DNA of 64,000 nt from Armatimonadota bacterium. Its GTDB lineage: Bacteria > Armatimonadota > SYMT01. The stretch covers positions 74,845-138,844 of the forward strand of contig JBKBRF010000003.1 in the NCBI GenBank assembly GCA_046292385.1, in the 5' to 3' direction. Shown piece by piece: positions 54,938 through 64,000 of this stretch. Position numbers and translations under genes: made by a program. Every line of letters starts with the position of its first letter. Position 1 is the stretch's first letter. The notes below the pieces were generated by a model, which did not search any database, was not told the origin of the DNA, and was given only the letters and a program-made list of their open reading frames with translations.

Positions 54938-56149
54938 CTAACGCCCCTCCGGGTGGCTCCGGTCCGGGAGATACCGGTCGGGGCAGTGGGGGATCACCGC
55001 CGACGCCCCGGGCCGTGTCCCGGCGTCCGAGCCGGTGCTGGCGGGTGGCGGAGCGGGCGCTGCCTGCATTCGCAGACGCTGGAGGAGCGCCACGGCCTGC
55101 CGCCGCGGGCTGCCGCCTTCAAAGCGCAGGCCCTGCTCCACGGTGGCGAGCACCGGGTCCGGCCAGCGGAGTGCGAGCTCCCTCCAGAGCTCCCGCGGCG
55201 CGAGGAGCAGGCGGCCCAGGCGCGGTCGCAGCGGCGGGCGCTCTCCCCAGGCGCGGCCGAGACCCCACCGGCGCAAGACCGATCGGATCACCCACCCGGG
55301 CGGAGGCTCCACCGCCGCTGCGGCCGCGGCGGGGAGACGGGCTCCGAGCAGACACTCCGCCAGGGCGAGCGCAGTAGCGAGATAGTGGGTGTGCAGCGGC
55401 TCTCCGGCGAGGCAGCGGGGCCAGTCGAAGCGATCGCCTGCCGATTCCGCGGCGGCGGCGACGTCACAGAGCCATCCGGGTCGCCAGACTGCATGCCGGA
55501 CGGCGTGCAGCGCCAGCAGTCGGAGGTGGTCCTCCGCGCACGGCACCAGCACTTTCGCCCCGCCCAGCTCGATCGTCTCCGCCCGCTCCAGGAGCTGCTC
55601 CAGCGTGCGGTCCACCAGGGAGATCCGACCGGGATGGAGATCGATCGTGGAACGGCGCGAGGGCCCCGACTGGAGGAGCTCCCGGGCCGCTTCGAACTGC
55701 GCCGCCGGAACGCAGAAGTCGATGTCGCCCACGCTGCGCAGGGCCGGGGCGCCGTAGAAGCGGCCGGCGGCGAGTCCCTTGATCAGCAGCGCGGGAATCC
55801 CGGCCGCCCGGAGCCGCTCGGCGCTCTCTGCGATCTCCCGGGACTGCAGCGCCGCCGCGAGCGCGTTGCGGCGGTACGCCTCCTGCAGCGGCGAAGGGCG
55901 GTCGGTCTCCCGGGCGCCCCCGCCGCGGCTCACCCGGTGCCAGATCAGCGGGCCGATCCGCCGGGGCACCAGCTCCGGCGCGAGCTCCGCCTGCCGGCCG
56001 CCGGGCAGCTCGAGCGGGGGTGGGGCCGCCCGCCAGGCGCCGCGGAGGAGGTCCGCGACGCACTCTCCCGTGATGGTCCCGCTCGACGCCGCGTCGTCGC
56101 TCACCCCCGCCCTCCCAGGTCGCACCGCTTCCGTTCTATACATCGTCAT
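54938..56149 (-). CDS. Nucleotidyltransferase family protein (NTP_transf_5)
   Basis: LLIKGLA...Y..PALRSVGDIDF, IDLH and WLCDVA. Confidence 0.8.
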   Translation of the reverse strand: MTMYRTEAVRPGRAGVSDDAASSGTITGECVADLLRGAWRAAPPPLELPGGRQAELAPELVPRRIGPLIWHRVSRGGGARETDRPSPLQEAYRRNALAAALQSREIAESAERLRAAGIPALLIKGLAAGRFYGAPALRSVGDIDFCVPAAQFEAARELLQSGPSRRSTIDLHPGRISLVDRTLEQLLERAETIELGGAKVLVPCAEDHLRLLALHAVRHAVWRPGWLCDVAAAAESAGDRFDWPRCLAGEPLHTHYLATALALAECLLGARLPAAAAAAVEPPPGWVIRSVLRRWGLGRAWGERPPLRPRLGRLLLAPRELWRELALRWPDPVLATVEQGLRFEGGSPRRQAVALLQRLRMQAAPAPPPASTGSDAGTRPGASAVIPHCPDRYLPDRSHPEGR

Positions 56150-56287
56150 GCGGCGTGCCGGAGTAGAGGCGAGATGCGGGTGCGCAGTCCGCGTGGGGCT
56201 GCCGGTCAGAAAGAAAACCGGCGTGGCCGCCGGAGAACCGGGGCCACGCCGGAGCGAGCTTCGCTCGAGGGTTCGGGTCTGTGAAGC

Positions 56288-58600
56288 TTACTTCTTGCCC
56301 TTGCCCTTACCACCGCCGCCGGTGCCGCCGCCGCCGAGGCTGTCGCGGTGCGGGGCGCCGAGGAGCCCATTATTGTAGGCGTCCAGCTTGTCGTGCGCGG
56401 TCTGCACCTGGGACCACGCGCTGCCCTTCGGGTTGCTGCCGATCGCGTAGCTCTTCAGCCAGTTGTCGGCCGCCACGATGTAGCCTTCCACCTCGGAGGA
56501 GTTGTTGCCCACGCCGACGTTCAGCTTGGCGGCGATGAGCTGCTGCGCCACCGAGTAGCTGTTGTCTTTGCTGTCCACCTGCATAATCGCGATCGCCTGG
56601 GCCTTCGTGTAGGTCACCCCACCGATCGTGATGCTCTCCACCGGCCAAGCCTCCGGATGGGTCTTCCAGTAGCCCTGGGTGCCGGTGCCGAGGAGCACCG
56701 CCGGGCCGTAGCTGAAGTCCGCGGTCAGGTCGACCACGCCGCCGTTGGCGATGGTGCTGGTGGCGGTGTTCGGGGTCGCCACGCCGTCCTTGTCGGCATA
56801 CGGAGCCCAGCTCGCCGGGACGCCGGAGACCGAGACGGTGTACGTGCCGCCCGGAACCTTCTCGAACAGGTAGAGACCGTTCACGGTGGTCGTCGTCGCG
56901 GTATAGTCCGCCGTGCCGTCGCCGTTCTTGTCGACCGTCAGCACCACCGTGGCGCCGTGGGCGCCGAGCTCGCCGGCCTGCGGCTCGAAGTTCCCGTCCT
57001 TGTCGCTGTCGAGCCACACGGCGTCGCCGATCGTGCCGTTGGCGGAGTCGACGTAGCCGAAGTTCACGCCGTAGACGTTATCGTCCGCCACCGTCACGTT
57101 CAGCTCGAAGTTGTCCGTGGTGATCAGCAACTCCTCGAGCGGAGCGCCCGCGTTGTGGTTGCTCGGTGCCACGCACACCACGTAGTCGCCCGGCTCCACC
57201 TGGAACTCGTAGGTGCCGGCCGCGGAGGTCTGCGTGCTGGACACCACCTGTCCCTGCAGGTCCTTCAGCACCACGGTCACTGCGCCGATGCCGCTCTCGC
57301 CGCCGTCGATGCTCTTATCCGTGTCGGCGTCGAACCAGACGGTTCCGGAGAGCTTCTGCGTGCGGATCGGCGGCTTCGGCACGCCGTCCTCGTCCACGCC
57401 GAGGGCGTAGTGGAAGGTACGCCAGGCGTTCAGGTTGTTCAGGTCGACCCCGCTGGCCGCCACCCGGTAAATCCCGGCAGGCAGGCTGGAGACTTTGTAA
57501 TCGGCGACCGTAGGATCGAAAGTTGCGGCGGTGTCGAGGCGGAACCGCTCCCATTCGAGGTTGCCGGAGGGATTCGCGTTCCGGTAGCTCACGCCAGCCG
57601 GGGTGATGACGGAGTACTCGATCGCCGGACTACGCCGGAACACGACGGAGCTGTTATCGTCGTTCGGAACCGCCCCAGCGGCACCTTCCGCTACCGCCGG
57701 AGTGCCGGCCGCCCACGCAGGCACGAACGGCGCTCCCTGAGTGTTGGGATCGTCGGTATCCACCGCTGCGGGGAAGCCGGGGGCGCTGCCGTAATCGAAG
57801 TCACCGTCCCAGATCTCCAGCGCACTCGAGTTTGCGGGAACATCCAGGAACACATCCCACTCGCCGCTGTAGGTAGAATTCGCCAGCTTGATAGCGGCAT
57901 CCGTCGGGTGGGCGTTCCAGTTGGGGTAAATCGCCTCGCGGTCCTCTTGGAGGAATACTGGGCCGCAGAACGAGAAGGAGCTCGGCCGCACGGCTATATT
58001 CCCATCCGTCCGAACCTTAAAGTTCGACCAGGTCCAGTCGGCCCGGGTCTGCATCGAGACATCGCCCGGGAAGCTCGGCAGCGTCACCACCAGCTTATAG
58101 AAATAGTTGCCGCTGGGCGCCTGTGCCGCGGGGTTGGTCGGGACCGTCGCGGTCCACCAACCGTTGTCGACCATAGTGGAGCCGTTCCACGTAGCCACCA
58201 CGGCCTGACCGCTTCCGTCTCCCTCTGGGTCGGCGCAGAGCGTGTACTGAAGCGGTACCGGCTGAAAGCCGGAAACCGCCATCGCATCCCAGCGGCCGCT
58301 CGACTCGCCATCGAAGATGCCGACCTCAAACGTGTCGGCGCCTGCCGGGATAGAGATCCGGAGCTCAATCGCCTGGTTTAGCGTTGATCGGTTCTTACCG
58401 GCCAGGGAGAGGAACTTTCCGTCATCGACCTTCAAGCTGGGAAAGCCGACGTAGTCCAGGTGATGCTCGCCGTGAGACGGCCGAGCGCCGGACAGGGCGG
58501 CGGCGGCGATCGCCGCGCCGAAGCAGAGCACCGAGCCAAGCGCCTTGAGACCAACCGGGCCCCGCCGGTTGCTGCCGTTGCCGGCCGTGGTAGCGCGCAT
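56288..58600 (-). CDS. Secreted protein with SdrD B-like domains
   Basis: GGAGG RBS, signal peptide, SGTVWFDADTD...GESGI..V.V.L, IGDAVWLDSDKDG and TQGYWKTH. Confidence 0.82.
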   Translation of the reverse strand: MRATTAGNGSNRRGPVGLKALGSVLCFGAAIAAAALSGARPSHGEHHLDYVGFPSLKVDDGKFLSLAGKNRSTLNQAIELRISIPAGADTFEVGIFDGESSGRWDAMAVSGFQPVPLQYTLCADPEGDGSGQAVVATWNGSTMVDNGWWTATVPTNPAAQAPSGNYFYKLVVTLPSFPGDVSMQTRADWTWSNFKVRTDGNIAVRPSSFSFCGPVFLQEDREAIYPNWNAHPTDAAIKLANSTYSGEWDVFLDVPANSSALEIWDGDFDYGSAPGFPAAVDTDDPNTQGAPFVPAWAAGTPAVAEGAAGAVPNDDNSSVVFRRSPAIEYSVITPAGVSYRNANPSGNLEWERFRLDTAATFDPTVADYKVSSLPAGIYRVAASGVDLNNLNAWRTFHYALGVDEDGVPKPPIRTQKLSGTVWFDADTDKSIDGGESGIGAVTVVLKDLQGQVVSSTQTSAAGTYEFQVEPGDYVVCVAPSNHNAGAPLEELLITTDNFELNVTVADDNVYGVNFGYVDSANGTIGDAVWLDSDKDGNFEPQAGELGAHGATVVLTVDKNGDGTADYTATTTTVNGLYLFEKVPGGTYTVSVSGVPASWAPYADKDGVATPNTATSTIANGGVVDLTADFSYGPAVLLGTGTQGYWKTHPEAWPVESITIGGVTYTKAQAIAIMQVDSKDNSYSVAQQLIAAKLNVGVGNNSSEVEGYIVAADNWLKSYAIGSNPKGSAWSQVQTAHDKLDAYNNGLLGAPHRDSLGGGGTGGGGKGKGKK

Positions 58601-58935
58601 AGAACCTCCTCGAACGTTAGCCGCAGTGACCGTAATGCGAATGGGCCTGTCCTTCGGGCGCCGAGGGAAGCGCCGCTTGCCCAATCTTTTTGCCTGGAGA
58701 CCGGACGGGGCGGAAGCGCTGCTCACCGCGCCGGCTGGTCTCGCCAGCCCTCAACCGCAGGGATGAGGATGAAACTACTCCATCGGTCCACAAGCGGTTG
58801 CTTCTTCAGGACTACACTAGACACGCTCTTTGTGGGTTGCAAGGGGGCTACCGACTGTCTATTTAGAGGTGGATTTCACTCGGCCCCTCGATCTCTCCCC
58901 TCACTCTGGCTACTCCGACCGGATGACCCCGTCCT

Positions 58936-61191
58936 ATGTCTAATCCGACCCCTTATCTATATGCCGATGAGCTTGCCCCCCAGCCTGAGCAGGGAATCGA
59001 TCTTCGGGAGATCCTGGGAATCCTGGCTCGCCGGAAGTGGACGCTGATCCAGGTATCGCTGCTGGTGCTCTTCGCGGGGATGCTCGGGCTCACCATGGAG
59101 CCACCGGTTTACCAGGCAGCGGCCAAGCTGCTGGTGACCACTCCCGGGCGCAGCATCATCCTGACGCAGGTGGACTCGAACAGCTCGCTCTCGCCGCTGC
59201 TCACCTCCCGGCAGGCCCGGAGCATCTCGACCCAGCTCGAGATCCTGGAGAGCTCCAAGTTCCGGGAGGAGGTCCGAAAGCGGGTAGGGGAGTCCGTGCC
59301 GGTGAGCCTGAGCTTCTCCTCGGATCGGGAGAGCGAGATCATCCGGATCAGCGCCAGCAGCACGAATCCGGAAGCGGCCGCTCGCTGGGCGAACGCGGCG
59401 GCGAATGAATACATCTCGATGACGGAGAGCTCCAACCGGGAGGCGCTGCGCGCCACCCGCGAGTTCGTGAGCGAGATCGTCCAGCGATCTCAGGCAGAGC
59501 TGGTGAGCGCGGAGAAGCGGCTGCTCAACTTCCACAAGCGCACCAGAATGCCCAACAACGAGGAGAACCAGGCGCTTCAGTATGCCGACGCGTCCCAGCT
59601 CCAGTCCCGCCTGCGGGACAATCAGGCGAGGTTGATCTCGCTGACCTCCCGCATTCAGAGCCTTCGGGCACGGTTAAACCGGGAGCCGATGGTCCTGGTG
59701 GAAGTTCAGCAGATTCCGAATCCGGAGCGGCCGGCGCTTCTGGCCCAGTTGGCAGACCTGCAGGGCCGGCGCGTGCAGGCGCTCACCGAGTACCGCCCGG
59801 AGAGCGCGCACATCCGCCGGATGGACCAGCAGATCACCGACCTGCAGAGTGCCGTTCAGGCTCTTCCCAAGGTGCTCCGGGAAGAGGTCGAAAAGCTGAA
59901 CCCGCGGCGGGACACGGTGCTCGCCCAGCTCCGCGAGGTCGAGCTGGAGCGGGACGCGCTGGAGAGTGAGACGCTGCAGCTCCAGGAAGTCTCCGGACAG
60001 CGGCTGCAGGATCTGTCGCACTACCCGCGCTGGGAAGTGGAGCTGGCGCAGATCCGGCGCGACCGGGATCTGGCGGAGAAGCTGTTCGTCCAGTACAACA
60101 CCCGCCTCAAGGACCTCGACGTGCGAGACCGGGGGATGCAGGCCAATACCACTCTGCTGGAAAAGGCTTCGGTTCCGGGGAGCCCTTCCGGCACCAGCCG
60201 CGAGTCCAAGCTGCTGATGCTGGCCCTGTTCGCCCTCGTGATCGGCGCCGGGTTTGCGTTCCTGCACGAGTTCCTGGACGACCGTGTCAACGACCGCGAG
60301 GTCCTGGAACGGGTGGTTGCGCTGCCGGTGCTGGCGGAAGTGCCGATGGTCTCCGATTCCAAAGACCGCCTGCTCCTCACCCACTCGGAGACTTCGGTGC
60401 TGATGGAGAGCTTCCGAGACCTGCGCACCAGCATTCACTACGCGTCGGTGGCGAAGCCGGTGCGGGTGATGGGCGTTACCAGCTCTCAGGTGGGGGAAGG
60501 GAAGTCGGTCACCACCGCCAACCTGGCGATCAGCCTGGCCGCCCAGGGGAAGCGCGTGGTGGTGGTAGACGCCGACCTTCGCCGGCCCAGCCAGCACCGG
60601 CTCTTCGGTCTGCGGCTGGACGGCGGCCTGGCGGAGGTGCTCGCCGGCGACCTGACGCTCACGGAAGCATTCCGAGAGACGCCGCTGCCAAACCTGCAGG
60701 TCATTACCAGCGGCGCCCTGCCGCCGAACCCCCCGGAGCTTCTCGGCAGTGAGCCGATGCGGAAGCTCGTGCAGACGCTGCGCGAGCAGTTCGACATCGT
60801 GCTGATCGATACCCCGCCCGTGAACGTGGTGACCGACATGCGCGTGATCGCCGGGGAAATGGACGGGGTGGTGCTGGTGGTAGAGGCCGGACGCACCCGC
60901 AAGTCCGATCTCCAGCACGCGCGGATGCTGGTGGACCAGACGCAGATCCGCGTCCTGGGGGTGTCGCTTAATAAGGTGGAGCCGGGTCGCGGCTCGTACT
61001 CCTACCGCTATTCACAGAGCCGCTACTACTACATTTCCCCCACTCAGAAGCGTCTTGACGAGGCGAACCAGCCGGCTGCCAGCCAGGGTGGAACGGCGGT
61101 CGCAGACGGTGAGGAGGGGGAGATCAAGAGCCTTCAGGCCTCTTCGGCCGGGGCGAAATCGGAGACCGCTAATCTACCGGACTGGGAGTGA
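58936..61191 (+). CDS. wzc: Polysaccharide co-polymerase / BY-kinase (Wzc/GumC-CapB)
   Basis: IDLREIL + TM, coiled coil, TM, ESFRDLRT, Walker A GEGKS, DADLRRP, IDTPP, C-terminal Tyr cluster. Confidence 0.92.
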   Translation: MSNPTPYLYADELAPQPEQGIDLREILGILARRKWTLIQVSLLVLFAGMLGLTMEPPVYQAAAKLLVTTPGRSIILTQVDSNSSLSPLLTSRQARSISTQLEILESSKFREEVRKRVGESVPVSLSFSSDRESEIIRISASSTNPEAAARWANAAANEYISMTESSNREALRATREFVSEIVQRSQAELVSAEKRLLNFHKRTRMPNNEENQALQYADASQLQSRLRDNQARLISLTSRIQSLRARLNREPMVLVEVQQIPNPERPALLAQLADLQGRRVQALTEYRPESAHIRRMDQQITDLQSAVQALPKVLREEVEKLNPRRDTVLAQLREVELERDALESETLQLQEVSGQRLQDLSHYPRWEVELAQIRRDRDLAEKLFVQYNTRLKDLDVRDRGMQANTTLLEKASVPGSPSGTSRESKLLMLALFALVIGAGFAFLHEFLDDRVNDREVLERVVALPVLAEVPMVSDSKDRLLLTHSETSVLMESFRDLRTSIHYASVAKPVRVMGVTSSQVGEGKSVTTANLAISLAAQGKRVVVVDADLRRPSQHRLFGLRLDGGLAEVLAGDLTLTEAFRETPLPNLQVITSGALPPNPPELLGSEPMRKLVQTLREQFDIVLIDTPPVNVVTDMRVIAGEMDGVVLVVEAGRTRKSDLQHARMLVDQTQIRVLGVSLNKVEPGRGSYSYRYSQSRYYYISPTQKRLDEANQPAASQGGTAVADGEEGEIKSLQASSAGAKSETANLPDWE

Positions 61192-61195
61192 GTCA

Positions 61196-63934
61196 ATGAG
61201 CCGAACTGCGGAAACGGTGGCTCGAGGCGAGATCCGCCCGATCCACGCGGCGGTCGTAGGGACCGTCAGTATCGCTCCGCTGCTGCTGGGAGTCTCCCCG
61301 GTAGAGCGAAGCGTGCCGAATACTATCTTTCACTTGCTGGGACTGGCGCTGCTGCTGACCTGGCTGGTGCCGCTCGTCCGCACCGGAGAGTGGCGCGGGC
61401 TGGGGGACCGGCTGCTGCGCTGGCCGATGCTGCTGCTCCTCGCCTACGTCGGCTGGACGGCGCTCGGCTCCCACTTCAGCGCCACCCCCGCGCCGAGCCG
61501 GTTGGCCACGCTCGACCTGGCGGTAGGAACCCTGATCTGCGCCGTCATCGCTGCCGAGTTCCGCTCCCGCCGGCAGGTGCGGCTGCTGCTCGGATGTCTC
61601 TTCGCCGGGATCATTCTGCTGGCGCTGGCCGCGCTGGGAATGAGCGGGAAACGGCTGGACATGCTCTCCGGAGCCTTCCACGACCGGCAGCTCTTCGCCC
61701 TCTTCCTCTGCCTGGTACTGCCGGTGGCGCTGGGTGCGGCCTCCGGCACGGAGGACCGGGTCTGGCGCATCATCGCACAGTGCGCTACCGCCGTGGCGCT
61801 GATCTGCCTGGTGGTGAGCCAGAACCGCAGCGCCTGGCTCGGGGTGCTGGTCGGCGGCATCATCTTCGTCGGGCTCTCCGTGGCGTACTCGTGGAGCCTC
61901 TCTTCCCTGGCGAAGGTGCGGCGCGAGCTGCTGGTGACTGGGCTCCTCCTGGTGCTCCTGGTGGGAATGTTCCTGGGGGTCACCCGCTCGAACGCCGGCG
62001 TAGCGATGCGGGCGGCCACGCTCCAGAAGCTGCAGGGGGACTCGAGCCTCGGCTGGCGCGTGGAGATGTGGCGGGTCGGCCTGCGCCTTACAGGTGACCG
62101 GCCGCTCCTCGGTTGGGGACCGGGCAGCTTCCCCTACGCGCAGCAGAGGCTGAACCCGGCTTCGCGCAGTGCTGAGAGCATCCAGCGCACCGGCCCGAGC
62201 CTGACCGAAGATCCCCACAACGCCTACGTGCGAATCGCCGCGGAGCAGGGTGTGATCGGGTTACTGCTCTTCCTCGGCGTGATCGCCGCCTTCCTGATCC
62301 ACGCCGTCCGAGCCCTGCCGCGGATGCAAGCCCGATTCCGCAAGCACATCCTGATCGGCTGCATCGCCTCGGTGGCCGCCGGGGCGGTGACGGTGGTGGG
62401 CAATCCCGGCTGGGCCTACCCGGAGATCGCCGCCTACTTCTGGACGGTGATGGGGCTCGGCCTGGCGGCAAGCGGCTGGGGACAAGCGATGGCCCGCGCG
62501 AAGCAGCCGGAGGCGCAGGGGTGGCTGCCTTTCTCGCCCCGCGTGCTCACCACCGGCCGCCGGGTGGCGGTGACGATGGCTGCCGGGGTGGTCGGCTGTA
62601 CCCTGTTGGGGGTAGACCTGGTGCCCGGCGCCATGGCGCAGGTGATCGTCCCGATCGGCGGCGGCCAGATCCCGCTCTACGTGACGCAGGGCTTCGGAGA
62701 GCGCGGCGACCGCGGTGTGGAGACGGCGCTGATTACGGCTGCCGTTCCCAGCGCTGCCGCCGCGGCGGTTCCCGCGCTGCTCGGGGCCGCCGGCGCTCCC
62801 GCCGGCTTTACAGTCTGCGATCCGTGCGCCTGTGTGGATGAGCTTCCGGCGCTTCCCGCGGACCACACCGACCTGACCGACGTGCGGCTGGTGCCGTCCC
62901 GCTCCACTCTGGACCGGGGCGAGTGCCGCTGCTTCTTCCTGCACGTGCGCTCCGGCAAGGACAACAAGTGGTATAGCGTGACGCTGCGCCCCGAGAGCAC
63001 TTTCCACGTGGCGGAAGGCGAGCAGTGGGTGCAGCAGGCCAATGGTCGCCGCAGCGTCTTCTGCGTGCCGATGGACGTGGCACCGGAAGCGCATGGACAG
63101 AAGGCGATCATCGTCGGCACCTTCGCGCGGTCGGGCAGTGCTCCGATGGCGGCCCGCGCGGAAGTCACGATCAAGCTGCGAGACGCCCAGCAGGCGACCC
63201 TGCCGGACGACCACCGCGCGATCACCGACATCCGGCTGCGGCCGGAGAAGGGCAAGCTGGATCCGGGCTGCTGCACGGCACTGACGCTGGAGGTCCGCTC
63301 CGCGAAGGACGGCGAGTGGTACCGCGTGACCCGGCACCAGCAGAGCCAGTTCCGCGTCCGCGCCCCGCACGAGCTGCTGATGTCGCACACCCGCGGCCCG
63401 GGCATCTTCTGCCTGCCCCCGGAAGCCCCGGACCAGTGGGACCACACCGAAGCGGTAGTGGAAGGGACCTTCACCCCGCCGGAAGGCGAGCCGCGGACCG
63501 CCGTAGCGCGCCTCCGTATCGAGCTGAGCGGGGAGCGGCTGCCGGCGCTGCCGTCCGGCCACCAGCGGGTGCTCAAGGCCCGGCTGGCGCCGGAGAAGGG
63601 ACGCGTGCGCGTGGGGTGCTGCGTGCGCTTCTACCTGGAGGTGCAGTCTGCGCTGGACCGCAAGTGGTACAGCGTGAGCCAGCGCCCGGAGAGCCTCTTC
63701 TACCCGCGGAACGAGGACGACCGTGTGGTCCAGAGCCCGGAGCAGAAGAGCCGGTACTGCGTGCGCACGCACCGCACCGAGCGGCACAAGAGTCGGCGGG
63801 TGGAGTTCGTGGGGGTCTTCGCGCCGGAAGGCCAGCCCTCCGTGACCGCCACCGCTTCGATCCGGATCGTCGGCAGCGGTATCGCCCTCTTCGAGGAGAT
63901 GCACGGCGGGATGGACCACAGCGCCGGGCATTAA
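61196..63934 (+). CDS. O-antigen ligase/Wzy_C family protein fused to three C-terminal ~115-aa repeats
   Basis: Multiple TM segments, SQNRSAWLG, R..MW...PLLGWGPGSF and PHNAYVRIAAEQG, followed by a soluble repeat region. Confidence 0.85.
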   Translation: MSRTAETVARGEIRPIHAAVVGTVSIAPLLLGVSPVERSVPNTIFHLLGLALLLTWLVPLVRTGEWRGLGDRLLRWPMLLLLAYVGWTALGSHFSATPAPSRLATLDLAVGTLICAVIAAEFRSRRQVRLLLGCLFAGIILLALAALGMSGKRLDMLSGAFHDRQLFALFLCLVLPVALGAASGTEDRVWRIIAQCATAVALICLVVSQNRSAWLGVLVGGIIFVGLSVAYSWSLSSLAKVRRELLVTGLLLVLLVGMFLGVTRSNAGVAMRAATLQKLQGDSSLGWRVEMWRVGLRLTGDRPLLGWGPGSFPYAQQRLNPASRSAESIQRTGPSLTEDPHNAYVRIAAEQGVIGLLLFLGVIAAFLIHAVRALPRMQARFRKHILIGCIASVAAGAVTVVGNPGWAYPEIAAYFWTVMGLGLAASGWGQAMARAKQPEAQGWLPFSPRVLTTGRRVAVTMAAGVVGCTLLGVDLVPGAMAQVIVPIGGGQIPLYVTQGFGERGDRGVETALITAAVPSAAAAAVPALLGAAGAPAGFTVCDPCACVDELPALPADHTDLTDVRLVPSRSTLDRGECRCFFLHVRSGKDNKWYSVTLRPESTFHVAEGEQWVQQANGRRSVFCVPMDVAPEAHGQKAIIVGTFARSGSAPMAARAEVTIKLRDAQQATLPDDHRAITDIRLRPEKGKLDPGCCTALTLEVRSAKDGEWYRVTRHQQSQFRVRAPHELLMSHTRGPGIFCLPPEAPDQWDHTEAVVEGTFTPPEGEPRTAVARLRIELSGERLPALPSGHQRVLKARLAPEKGRVRVGCCVRFYLEVQSALDRKWYSVSQRPESLFYPRNEDDRVVQSPEQKSRYCVRTHRTERHKSRRVEFVGVFAPEGQPSVTATASIRIVGSGIALFEEMHGGMDHSAGH

Positions 63935-63957
63935 ACGACCCAGCCTGGAACAGCGAA

Positions 63958-63990
<33 letters not shown>

Positions 63991-64000
63991 CGGTGGCGGG

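Noticed and set aside
54938..56149. Lasso-peptide cluster suggested by the NTP_transf_5 gene
   Set aside because: No asparagine-synthase-like cyclase, B protein or PqqD gene nearby; an EPS context is more likely.

Overview
High-GC bacterial window. The DUF1559/prepilin gene, CRTAC1-ASPIC/UnbV genes and Tat-type proteins suggest Armatimonadota or a Planctomycetota-like lineage; this is inference only. From left to right it holds: a GNAT and a stress/redox block (SDR, glutathionyl-hydroquinone reductase, aldo/keto reductase) with SigB/SigF-type promoters; a large SBBP+FN3 surface protein; a PAS HisKA_2 kinase; a CRTAC1/TPR/redoxin/DUF1559/heptaheme-cytochrome cluster; a compact RiPP-like operon (Asp-rich DADGT-repeat peptide, JmjC oxygenase, sucrase-ferredoxin-GNAT fusion); WD40, Tat, XRE and NERD genes; an array of 8 tandem HEAT-repeat membrane paralogs; a 1534-aa CxxCH/HEAT protein; a SigB/F-type sigma factor; and the start of an EPS locus (Wzc, and an O-antigen-ligase protein fused to three novel repeats). 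The three strongest novelty candidates are the RiPP-like operon, a ~290-nt intergenic element present twice (31.4 kb minus strand, 47.1 kb plus strand) with clear compensatory base changes, and the 8-gene HEAT array. I saw no tRNA, rRNA, CRISPR array or transposase. The poly-G run at the end is probably an artefact. All family calls come from motif recognition by eye, not from database searches.
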